Source: Schizochytrium sp. TIO01 (lineage: Eukaryota; Protista; Bigyra: Labyrinthulomycetes). From it: a stretch of DNA of 64,000 bases. The stretch covers positions 7,794,761-7,858,760 of the forward strand of contig SMSO01000031.1 of NCBI GenBank assembly GCA_004764695.1, given 5' to 3'. Under the pieces are notes generated by a model. That model made no database searches, was not told the DNA's origin, and worked only from the letters and a program-made list of their open reading frames with translations. Positions 47,401 through 58,503 of the stretch are shown one piece after another (position 1 is the first letter of the stretch; the number at the start of each line of letters is the position of its first letter). The position numbers and the translations under genes are program-made.

Positions 47401-48834
47401 ATGCCAGCCAAGCCTCAGCCATAGCATGCTCGTCCTTCGGAGCATCACCACGCGTGCGATACTTGATGCGGTGCGCCGTCGTTACTTCTTGAATGAAGTC
47501 GGCAACATCAATATCATCTGGACAGCGAAAGCCGATACTCTCAAAGTACGGCAATACATCCTCACGCTTCCCGTGGAACATGGTCATACCCATGGCCATG
47601 ATCAAAATCTCGTCAAAAAGATCATAAGTCTCAGGCGGCGGCTGAAGCAGCGCGCAAATGGCAGTGAGGCCAAGTCGCTTTGCAACACCGGTGATACGAC
47701 GGTTGATATCAAAGGTGGCAGAACTATCAAGACCAGTACTGATCTGATCGTAAAATGCAACAGGACGACGGGCCATCATCATCTCAGCGGATGTGACACG
47801 TTTCTTCTCACCACCGGAGACGCCTCGGAGGAGCTCGTTACCAACAATGGTGTCGGCAGCGTTGGATAGGGCCAAGTTGCGAATAACAAAGTCAGGGAAG
47901 TTATCGAACTGCTCGTGGATGCGAGCAATGTCCCGATCGCTTGCATTGCTGTTGACGCCGACCTTGGCAATCATTTTTTTGGCCTCCTCGGGCCTCCAAA
48001 GCAATCATAGGCAAACTGCAAGGTCTCACGCACGGTGAGTACTGGGTTGTGGTTATCATTTTGGTCAACATAGGTGGCTAATTTACGAACATGGAGATCT
48101 TGAGGAGCGTAACCAGAATAGTATAGGTCACCAGTAATCTTGCGCCCTGCACCGGTCTTGACACGGCCAGACAAAAGTTTAAAGAGAGTGGTGACGCCAC
48201 ATCCAGGAGGTCCGAGGACGAGTGTCGAAGATCCAGCTTTGAAGACTCCTGCCATCTTATTGATAATAGGCAAGTCCATTCGGCTGTTTTTGCCTGTGCC
48301 ACCCATGCAAGGCATCACAAGAGCTGTTGCAACGTTTACAATACCGGGATCATTTTTGGGTACATTAACAGTGAAGGTAAGGTCGCGGAAGGCAACATTG
48401 ACAGGCCAATGGCCATCTCCTTGGACGCGTTGAATGATGGACGCGTGACCAACCATGGTGAGTTCACGCATCGCAGATCCGATAGCAGTACCGAGCCTTG
48501 AACTGCGATCAATCTGGCCGTTCTCAAGAAGGTCTGCAAGAAGCATGACATCCTCTGTAGAGAGATCGACATTCATACGTTCTTTTGGGTCACTTCCGTG
48601 AACCTTTTCCTGGGTCTTAAGTTCGCTCTTGATGTGGTCGAGGAGCTTGTCTACGCGCTGTTTTTTATCAGATGTAGTTTGGTAGATGCTACTTTGTTCG
48701 CGACTCCTGGAAACAGTGTTGCTTGCTTCACTTGACCGTAGGGCATCCTCTTCGGAGGCCATGCTGGCTGACTCATCTTGTGGCGGCGAGTTAATTGACC
48801 CGGTCAAGTTCTTCTCATCATCGTTTTGAAGCAT
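44447..48834 (-). CDS. Full-size ABCG/PDR transporter, copy 5, split by a 1-bp deletion near 47992 (recent pseudogene, recoded gene or sequencing error); closest paralogue of copy 4
   Basis: First ATG is at 48834 (MLQNDDEK, matching MLVNNDDDK of copy 4); the track start at 48900 is TTG. Copy 4 plus strand reads ctcgggAcctccaaagc and copy 5 reads ctcggg-cctccaaagc. The downstream ORF 44447..48004 holds the rest of the transporter intact. Confidence 0.93.
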
Positions 48835-51800
48835 TTCCTTAGCGTGAAGTAGAAGTCCTGGTGTCTTGCAGAGTTCTCCGGACACAGTTCCCCTTAACAA
48901 TGCGCTTTATTCTCGACAATTCGGACCTCGTTTACAACCTAATAAGGCTGAAGCCCCCTCCCCTTTGCAGCGTTATCAACCCTCAGTGTTGATCACCGCT
49001 GATTAAGATTTGGATTTGTTTTCTCCTTTGATCACACGAGACGCTGGGAAGCGTACGCGGTTGCAAAATCTTCCTCAAAAGACTTGAGGTTAGTATTTCG
49101 ATCCTAGTTCTTCGTTTGACATACTTTAAATTTCCCCCTCACAAGCTTTCGTTACCAAGAGTCGTATTCCTCATTACGCGTATTCTTCTCGGAAAAGAAA
49201 CAGCAAATACTTTTTATACTTTAAACATGATGCAGTAATAAGACAACAAAACTTAAATAAACTTAGAACCTACCCAGAATAACAACGCAGACATATTAGG
49301 ATATTTGAAAGAACAGCAATGCAAACGTCACATTCCTCTACAAACATTAAAGTATTAGCCCCTCAGTCCTTCCTCTAAAGCATGCATGATCGACAGCACC
49401 AGGGCTACTTCGAGAACCAGTGAGTTAGTATATCACTTTCACTGCAACTAATTCTCTGCATCAAAGTTCTCGCTCTCGTTTACTATTTCAATCATTCGTT
49501 CAGGTTCATTCTGCAATTCTCACCCCTTGACAATTACTTAGAAACCTACCAGCATCCTTAGCAAGATGCTATGGGACATATGATATGCGTCCTGAGCGTA
49601 TGGCCTCTGGTGGCTGGAGGCTCTTTGAAAAGACGCGTCATTCGAGGCCTTAAAGCTTGCTTCAGGCGAATCGAGGTTTATTGCAATGGTGGATTTAATT
49701 TTGGATTTTTGGTGTTTGTTGGTCGTCGTCCTGTGTTGAAGCACTTATTGGCTTCTACTTCTCTGATTGGTAGAACGCCGCAACACATTTCCCACGTTTT
49801 TATTTTTATTTCAAGTTTTTTTTTTTCTTCGTTGGTTTCTGGTGCATTTTTGGTAGGAAGACCTTTTTCATTCTGTCGTCTTTCACACTGCCAGATCCTC
49901 TTCGCCCCAGAGCACGAGTTTTCTCCGCTCCAGTAAAGTTTCTTCTCGTCGCTGCAATGACTGCCTAAAGAACCTTGTTCTCAAAAAGGGGCCTGAGGAG
50001 AGCAAGAGAAAGGCTTACATCTAGGCATAATATTTAATTTTCTCAGTACCCTCTGGAGATGATGGAAATCGACCACGCAGATGTTCGTTGCCTCAGAAAG
50101 TGCATGTGTAGAGCGATGCCTTGTTAGTTAAGTTGAACAGCTTCTTTCCCTTTTTTTGGCGTACGAGTTCGTGGCTTAAAATCACTTTCTCACGAGTCGA
50201 AAGAAACGCACGCACGTGAGCACGCACTCATCTGACGTTTCGGGAGCTTGCATGTGTCGACGATTCGAAGAAACTCTCGTCATCATGATCCCTATGAGCT
50301 CTCCCGGAGCGAAAGAACGGTTGCCCAGACCACTAGCTCGCATGGTGGCTTTCTCGATTCAAGAGGTTCAAAGGCAAACCCGCGTAAAATCGAAGTTATC
50401 AAGCAGAATGGCAAACTTCATAAGCGATATTGCAAACAAAATGAAAACGAAAGTAGACAGCCAACTCGGTCGTCATTTCCATATTCTTTGCGAGATCTCC
50501 TCCATGAAATTAAGAAGTATCAGCAATCTTTTCAGAAAGCTCGTAGAATAGATTGAACTTAAAAGCTTTGCAAAAGGCTTGAGAGTGATTTTACATTTTG
50601 CTACCAATTCTGAGCTGAGGTTGGCAGGGTTCACCGACAACTTGTCTCTGGTAGAGCGTTTTAACCCTCGACCAATTGAGATGAACCTGATAGCGTCGGA
50701 CGGTCGCCATTATAAACTTAGCTTGCTGGCTTGTAGAGGATCTAGACTGTAAAATTTTGGCATAGGCTTCTCGAGGCAAGCAAAGGGCACTTGCCTGTAT
50801 AACATCGCATCTGCACATCAATAGTCTCCTAACCTTCGACAGAGCGAGTATCGAGTTATAGAGGCGACGCTAGCGGTGCATCCTGCCATTGTCCTCCTTG
50901 ATGTCGTTCAAGTTGGACCCCTCTAGGGAGGAGGGGGAGGGGGGCAGCAACGGCAATGACTAAGAAAACCTCCCTCAATCATCGTTCTCGAACCGATTCC
51001 TGTCTTCCTAGTGTGTTCATACGCCTCGCTTTGTACAGCTTTGGAGCAAAACCTTCACCTCTGAGGATCCTCAGGTCTTATGAAACGAAGCCCATACCTG
51101 CATAAGTGAATAGGCAAGTATGTACGTACCTTCTCCCTTATGTCCTTATGTCAAACACGCCAAGTCCAAGTCCAGCAAGTTTTGCTTTACTCACCATGCG
51201 ACTGCTGGCGATCTCATGCTCCCGCTCTCAGGCATCTCTGCCCATTCCCCATCCCAGCTAGTTCAATCCAAGTGGAATGGGATTGATTTGAGACCAAGCG
51301 AGCTTCATCGCTCTTGGCCGCTCTGGAAGGAAATCCATCAGCCAGGGCGTTTAGTGCCTGCCTGCCTTCTCTCGCGCGCAGACATTCACGCTCGTGTGGC
51401 CTCTGTGCAGCTCTTTCTGTAGAGCTGGGAACCAGCTTCAGGGACTCTGGAATCAAGTGCTTCGCCAGTCCGTGCCCACCTTTTAGGACTCCGTACATCC
51501 TTGGGCTCGTGGCGCTGGCCAACTTCTTCAGAAAGCAGATGGTCCCTGGTGAAAACGACGACTTCGAGACAGTTGCAATTTCTCCAATTTGCACGACAGA
51601 ACCGCCAGGATTGTGCTCTCCTGCAGTCCCGGGGTAAGTTGGTACTTGTAGCGAATGAGGATTTACAGAGAAACCGGAGCGAGAACTCTCGAAAAGACGG
51701 AAAACAATGGCCAGCCTGATGGTCTTTGCTGCCACTAGGCGCTTTGCGGAGAGCGACGGGAGCAGCGGCAGCAGCCTCGCAGCTCGTTGAACTAGATTTA

Positions 51801-52260
51801 ATGGCACGGCCGGAAGCTACCATGGAATGAATCCGCGGGCTTGCAGAGAAGCACAAACGGGGAGGATCTCAGCAACTACTACCAGCAATTGAAAACGACG
51901 CGAGAGCTTATGTCGGTTACAGTAATGAGCAATGAACGACAGGGAGCTTATTTAATCAGCAGAATTCGACCATTTAGCGGTCTGGCAGTAAAAGGACTGG
52001 AGAGCTTGGCAAATACATGGATAGCACAAAGGGCCGGGCAGGATAAAGCATGCGAAATGTGAAGGAAACTTGGAGTGGAGTGCGCGCTCTGAGGAAATGA
52101 GTGGTGCCCTTGTAGCTGAGGATAGTCTTGCTTTGGGGGAGCGCGATAGCACCTACGCGTTGGGAATTCCAGCTTATGTGCAAGGCTTTAAGCGTGATCT
52201 TTGCAAAGGTAAATGAGATTGTCGTTTTTATTTTAGGTTTTAATTTGAAAACTTTTCTCT

Positions 52261-52263
<3 letters not shown>

Positions 52264-52300
<37 letters not shown>
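52264..52300. repeat. Poly(T)37 homopolymer
   Basis: Uninterrupted T run. Confidence 0.95.
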
Positions 52301-52464
52301 CAAAGTAATATCTATGGGGGATGATGATATGTATAAGAAGGAAATATATATAAGAAGGAAAAAAAATTCTGAGTGATATCCTCAAGGAAGCTTTCGGGAC
52401 ACAAGGGTCTTTTGAGGTGACTTTGAGAAGTACTACTGTATCGATATAGTAAATATATAGTGTG

Positions 52465-52488
52465 TATATATATATATATATATATATA
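52465..52488. repeat. (TA)n microsatellite
   Basis: About 11 TA units. Confidence 0.9.
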
Positions 52489-53994
52489 AATCCATCAACT
52501 GCAGAACCCTAGCTGAGACAAACGTACGAGACATCGAATGACATGACGCACAAATAAGACTCCGATTTTATTTGTGTTGAATGTGCAGCGGCAACTTGGA
52601 ACAATGAGAACCTCCACAGTCCCCACAGTGGGAGGGTTTATGTCATTGGCTGCACCGAAAGGAGGGATTTTCTGACGTTCGCCGCTGAACTTCATCAACT
52701 TCAGGTTTAATGCCAACGCAAACTCGGCCAGGACTACAAACTCGCTCGAAAGAACTGGCGAATTGTCCCGATTCTACCATCCTGCGTTGTTTTCAGGAGG
52801 ATGTTTATTCATTTCTTTGATCGGGGACTGAAATCTATGCAACGCTCCAAATGGATGGGCCTATAGTGGTGCAATTGTTAATTGTGACCATTAGATTATT
52901 CTACTATTTATTCATAAATTCTAGTTAGCTACCCACCGCCATTTGCACTAACTTCTTGAGCAAATTCAAGTGAAATAAGCCACGGTAAACTTCAGACCCT
53001 AGTTTGGATTGATTCATGCACAGATGGCTTGAATTGAGAGTTGATGTAAAGAAAAGAAGTTAATACGTAAAGTCATTAGTTTTAGATGTTTTTGCGAAAA
53101 CAACAGTGTATTTTAGAATTAACTTGTTAATGTTTGTTTCTATTACTGAGATTTATCACTAGGTACAGCATAGAGGGGAGGGTAAAAGCTCATTTTCTCG
53201 ACTCACTCTGTTTTGAAATTTAAAATTTAAATTAAATGAAAATAAGTTCGAATATATCTATTAGTCCAAATTGAGCGTACGACGAAAGGGTCGGTGATTT
53301 CTCGCTGCCATGAGCTTAAACGAAAGATTTTGATTTTTGTGTGCAATACTCAGAATAATAAGTGGTGGAAACCAACGTACACTATTCGACACCAAATAAG
53401 AAGAGCTGACGAAGATTTTGTACACATTACGTTTAGTTAGTTTTTTCGACTTGGGGTCTTTTTTAAGTTCCTTGTCACAAAATGTGAAGATTGCTCAAAT
53501 CTGTCAAATTCTCTCCGAGAATGTATTTTAAATGAAATTTTAACTTGCAGAGATTGCTAGACCACGTCAGACCTTGTCAAAAATTGATTAAAGTAGAACC
53601 TCTTCTGAAAGGACAGCCTTGGCTGGCCTCTTCTGAGATCGTGGTCAACTTCGGGTGAGACGTGCAGAAATACCTTTGAATAGTTTTCTAGACCTGTTCA
53701 TGAGTTGCAATAATTTACAATGCCTTGCAACAAAGTCAGAAAGCAGAAAGCTTGCATATTGATCTATTCACAGGAACAATCCAGGCAAATCAAACTTGAG
53801 AAAAAGAATTTCAAGTTTGTCTTCGTCCAATCTAGCTCCCCCTCCTGAAATTGAAATATGATGCATATTTTCCCCATTCAGTCTCAATACCAAATAGCAG
53901 AAGTGCCAATTCGTAATACTAATATGTATTTTATTTTATTTTAGATTGAGAAAGGTCTTCGATGCAGAAATGGATATGTATATGAAGTGTACGA

Positions 53995-56900
53995 CTAACG
54001 GCGTAAGTAAGAAATGAATGCATAACAAAATGCATTAACAATGCGAAAACCAGCTGCAAAGGCGATGGTAGCTCCAAGACACCACGGCCAATCCGTCGAC
54101 TCGTATCCGAAACGATCTTGAATATAGGCCCATGCAGTAGTTCCGTCAGAAACGTAGGAACATCCAGGGTTATCAGCCGGTTGCGTGGATGGATCATCGC
54201 AAGCCATCTGGCTTACCACGAGGCCGTTCAATGCATAGCGCAGAGGGTTAATGTATGTAAACCACTGCCAGAAGTAGGGGACATCATCGATAGAAATCAT
54301 GAGTCCTGATGCAAAACACCAAGCAGCAATAAAGACTGAACCAACTAAGTTTGCGACCTGATCATTTGGAAGTGCTTGCGCAAGCAAATGTCCCCAGAAG
54401 ATAATGCACATGTTGAAGATAGAGTAGAATGCAAAAAACAACCAAAACGCAGTTGCGTTATGCCAGAGCCCAGCCATAAAGTAGAAGATGGAAACAAAAA
54501 CGAGACTTGAAGCAACAACGTAGGGTATCTCTGCTACAGTTGATGCAATGACTATTGGCATAACGCCGTAGTACGATGCAGAGCGCTCACGATAGAACGA
54601 AGCACGCTCGATGAAAACAGTTGGCATTGCACTATTCATTGCCATTACCCCCATAAACACTGGCGCTAAGAAGAGCAGGCCTACAAAACTCTGTATATCA
54701 GTTGCAGAGGAAATGTCTTTACCACGAAGCAGGAATGCAAAACCAAAGTAGACAGCAACAATGATAGCTACAATAATACGCGTAGTATTATAAGCTGTGT
54801 CGCGCCAATATGAGCGAAACCAACGTTTTACAAGCTGCTCTGTTTGGGTTGCAAATGTGCTTGCAAAGGTCGTGTCAAAGTGAATCTCGGGCCGCTCCTC
54901 AAGGTCTCTCTTGACAAGAGTGTCAAACGCTTCCTCATTGGCCTTGTAGATATTGCTTTGCTCGTACTCAGCTGCATAGTCTACACCAGGACCAGCATTC
55001 GCGCCAATTGCCTCTAACATATATGTAGCTGGGTTGTAACGTGGGTTAGGCATACCAGGTGTACCTGGTAGACCATCAAGATAGTCAAGGAGGTGCTTGC
55101 TGTTTTCTCCAAGATCGCCAAAGTATACCATTTGCCCACCACGGCGTAATAACAAAAGACGGTCAAATTTCTCAAAAATTGCCTTCGAAGGTTGATGAAT
55201 TGTGCATACAACAGTACGACCACCACGGGCAATGCGTTCCAGTCCATTCATCACGACACGAGCGGAACTCGCGTCAAGGCCTGAAGTAGGCTCATCTGCA
55301 AAAATAATCGCAGGGTTAGCAGCTAGCTCTACTCCAATGGTCAAACGCTTTGCTTGCTCCGTACTTAAACCACCCATTCCCTTAAAGCCAATCTTGAAGT
55401 TTCTGATTGGACGCATATGCAGTGTCTTGAGCACGCTTTCGACAAATTTATCCTTCTCTGCACGAGGAATATCTGAAGGCTGGCGAAGGTATGCAGAAAA
55501 TGTCAGCGCCTCGTGGACAGTTGCGTTTGGGCTATGAATGTCCATTTGCTCAACATAGCCAATAATACGTGAGAATGTTGTCTTCTCTTGTGGTCGACCA
55601 TTCACGAGAACCTCTCCTTCAATTTTCCCGCCAGTCTTACGAAGTGCTAAAACATCCATGAGCGTGGTTTTACCAGCACCACTACTTCCCATGAGAGCCG
55701 TGAGTGTTCCTGCTTCTGCGTATCCCGTGATTCCTTTGAGGAGTGACAAGTTGTATTTACCAGCACCATCCTTTGGGCCTTGGACAGAATACCAAAGATT
55801 CCTAAATGCCAAATCGACCGGGGTAAATGTAATCTTGCCGGATTCTGAAGCAGATGACCTAGGCGTTTCCATATTCACAGTCATGTGATCCTCCGCAGGT
55901 TGAGGGTCAGACTTAATCTCCGCTGGATTCTTTCCATTTAAACCAAATGCAGCCTGCTCGCGCTGGACTATGTCTCTATCATTAATTTCCTCTGCCTCTT
56001 CCTCGATGTCAACAGCACGGCCTCCGCCACCCTCGAAGCGCATGTAAACATAGCTTAGGTAGCTTACATATAAGCCTACAAAAGTGTACCCGACAAGCAT
56101 GAGATAGGCAGACCATACAAAGTTAATGTCGTTTTCAAAACCAAAGAGTTGAAGTGCATATTCTTGCTGAGCATCTGTGTAACAACTTGATGTAAATATA
56201 ACAATTACCCCAGCACGGAAAGCCCAAGCTAAAGGAGAGAGCCAATAAATCCAGATGAACCAGTCCGGAACAGTATCTGCAGTCAATAGGTACCCACTAA
56301 ATAGTGAGATGGATGCTGTGGAAAGACCAGAAAGGACTTGCCCCACTGCCGGTGAGGGTGAAAGCGAAGCGAGTGCACGAAGCCAAGAGCCATACGAGAT
56401 ATTCAAAAGAACCATTAATAGCCAATATAGCATAAAAGCACCTCCGACATCATCTTGACCTGTTGGTGAATGCTCACCAAAAGGAACCAGCCACGAGATC
56501 CAAAACGCCATTAGAGCAAGCAATGTTGACTCTATAAATGCAAGAGGTAATACTGAGCAGAATTCACCAAGTACATAATTTCCTGTACGAAAGAAGAACG
56601 CATCGCTCTGCTTGTAAAATACAGGGCGTTGCGTAAGCACAACTGGGATTTGCGAGGCACCGGCAAGAGCACTGTGAATCATCGTCGCGAACAGAATACC
56701 ATAGCGCTGCAACACCGGATTTTGGTCCCCATTTTCATTTGTAGGCATGTCTGGATCAATTTTATAGAAGAGAGATCCGATGAAAACACCAACAACGAGG
56801 GCTTGAATTGTGCGGGTTTTGACAAATTCAACGTCACGAAAACTTAGTTTGAGCTGTCTAGCGACAACCAGAGCAGACTCTCTGCAAATGGATGTTGCGT

Positions 56901-58503
56901 AGAGAGGTTGAAATTTATCATACAAATCCTGGCGCATCTGCGAATCAATCTTGTTCTCTGGTGTGCAGAAGCGATCAACTTCATCTTTCTTGGGCTTGGA
57001 ATATGGGGACTCTAGCCAAGCTTGGGCCATCTCCGCTTCGTCAGCTGGTGCATTGTCTCGAGTACGATATTTCTTGCGATCCACCGTACATACTTCTTGG
57101 ATAAAGTCCGCGACATCCATAGTATCCGGACAAGCATAACCCAAACTTTCGAAGTATGGTAGTACGCTTTCGCGTTTGCCATGAAACATGACTTTGCCCA
57201 TTGCAAGAACCATGACCTCATCAAAAAGCTCATAGGTTTCAGGAGGAGGCTGGAGTAGCGCACATACAGCTGTAAGATCAAGGCGGTGAGCAACACCCGT
57301 GATACGGCGACATATATCATAGGTTGCAGAACTATCAAGTCCAGTAGTGATTTGGTCATAAAAGGCTAGCGGTCGGCGTGCCATCATCATTTCAGCAGAT
57401 GTTACTCGTTTTTTCTCGCCACCAGAGACTCCACGCATCAGCTCGTTACCAACAATGGTATCGGCAGCATTGGACAAAGCTAAATTGCGGATCACAAAGT
57501 CAGGGAAGTTATCATATTCTTCGTGAATCCTGGCAATATCATGATCACTAGCCTCTGGTGCAATGCCAACCTTTTCGATCATTTTTTTTGCTTCTTCCGG
57601 TCCACCGAAGCAATTGTATGCAAACTGCAATGTTTCACGAACAGTAAGCACAGGTATATGATTATCATTTTGATCGACATAGGTAGATAGCTTTCGTACG
57701 TGAAGGTCCTCTGGAGCAAAGCCAGAATAATATAACTCACCCAAGATCTTTCTTCCTCTGCCAGTCTTAATTCGCCCAGATAGAGTCTTAAACAGTGTAG
57801 TTACGCCACATCCAGGCGGCCCTAAGACAACTGTTGATGTGCCTGCTTTGAAGACACCTGAGATCTTGTCGATGATGGGAAGTTCCATAGCGTTTTTACC
57901 TTTGCCCATGAAAGGGGCCGCAAATGCTGTAGCGACATTAAGAATTCCTGGATCTTCTTTTGGGACACTAACCATATAGGTGAGGTCGTGAAAGGCCACG
58001 TTTACAGGCCAATGACCATCCCCACGTACACGCTGGATGACATTAGCATATGTCACCATAGTCATCTCGCGCATTGCAGAGCCTACAGCGCTCCCAAGCT
58101 TGGAGTTCCTGTCAATCTGACCCTTCTCAAGAAGATCTGCAAGAAGCATTACGTCTTGAGCAGATAAGTCGATACTGACCCGCTGTTCTTTGCTATCTGT
58201 GCTGGTAGAGCTTGCAGAACCGCTTGTATTGAGTTCCTGTTGCTGTTGTTCCTCTTGCTTAATTGTAAGCTCTGTTTTGATGTGCTCGAGCAAATGCTGG
58301 ATTCGCTCTTGCCTATCGCGTTGGGTACTTTCCAGAGATGTATTTGTAGGTCCTACTCGCTCGTGTTCATCGGAGCTCAAACTGCCCTGGCTTAAACTAG
58401 CTGCTTGGCGATTGCCACCATGGATCTCACTAGAGTCTCTGATCTCATCCTCCACCGGAACCTCATCAGACATGATGGTCCTCATGTCCTCGTTGCTCAT
58501 CAT
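53995..58503 (-). CDS. Full-size ABCG/PDR transporter, copy 6 (about 1502 aa, intact, intronless)
   Basis: Single ORF. The track start at 58518 is GTG; the first ATG is at 58503 (MMSNED). Full motif set (GPPGCGVTTL, FYDQITTGLD, GSSGAGKTT); ends SYLRR. Confidence 0.96.
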   Translation of the reverse strand: MMSNEDMRTIMSDEVPVEDEIRDSSEIHGGNRQAASLSQGSLSSDEHERVGPTNTSLESTQRDRQERIQHLLEHIKTELTIKQEEQQQQELNTSGSASSTSTDSKEQRVSIDLSAQDVMLLADLLEKGQIDRNSKLGSAVGSAMREMTMVTYANVIQRVRGDGHWPVNVAFHDLTYMVSVPKEDPGILNVATAFAAPFMGKGKNAMELPIIDKISGVFKAGTSTVVLGPPGCGVTTLFKTLSGRIKTGRGRKILGELYYSGFAPEDLHVRKLSTYVDQNDNHIPVLTVRETLQFAYNCFGGPEEAKKMIEKVGIAPEASDHDIARIHEEYDNFPDFVIRNLALSNAADTIVGNELMRGVSGGEKKRVTSAEMMMARRPLAFYDQITTGLDSSATYDICRRITGVAHRLDLTAVCALLQPPPETYELFDEVMVLAMGKVMFHGKRESVLPYFESLGYACPDTMDVADFIQEVCTVDRKKYRTRDNAPADEAEMAQAWLESPYSKPKKDEVDRFCTPENKIDSQMRQDLYDKFQPLYATSICRESALVVARQLKLSFRDVEFVKTRTIQALVVGVFIGSLFYKIDPDMPTNENGDQNPVLQRYGILFATMIHSALAGASQIPVVLTQRPVFYKQSDAFFFRTGNYVLGEFCSVLPLAFIESTLLALMAFWISWLVPFGEHSPTGQDDVGGAFMLYWLLMVLLNISYGSWLRALASLSPSPAVGQVLSGLSTASISLFSGYLLTADTVPDWFIWIYWLSPLAWAFRAGVIVIFTSSCYTDAQQEYALQLFGFENDINFVWSAYLMLVGYTFVGLYVSYLSYVYMRFEGGGGRAVDIEEEAEEINDRDIVQREQAAFGLNGKNPAEIKSDPQPAEDHMTVNMETPRSSASESGKITFTPVDLAFRNLWYSVQGPKDGAGKYNLSLLKGITGYAEAGTLTALMGSSGAGKTTLMDVLALRKTGGKIEGEVLVNGRPQEKTTFSRIIGYVEQMDIHSPNATVHEALTFSAYLRQPSDIPRAEKDKFVESVLKTLHMRPIRNFKIGFKGMGGLSTEQAKRLTIGVELAANPAIIFADEPTSGLDASSARVVMNGLERIARGGRTVVCTIHQPSKAIFEKFDRLLLLRRGGQMVYFGDLGENSKHLLDYLDGLPGTPGMPNPRYNPATYMLEAIGANAGPGVDYAAEYEQSNIYKANEEAFDTLVKRDLEERPEIHFDTTFASTFATQTEQLVKRWFRSYWRDTAYNTTRIIVAIIVAVYFGFAFLLRGKDISSATDIQSFVGLLFLAPVFMGVMAMNSAMPTVFIERASFYRERSASYYGVMPIVIASTVAEIPYVVASSLVFVSIFYFMAGLWHNATAFWLFFAFYSIFNMCIIFWGHLLAQALPNDQVANLVGSVFIAAWCFASGLMISIDDVPYFWQWFTYINPLRYALNGLVVSQMACDDPSTQPADNPGCSYVSDGTTAWAYIQDRFGYESTDWPWCLGATIAFAAGFRIVNAFCYAFISYLRR

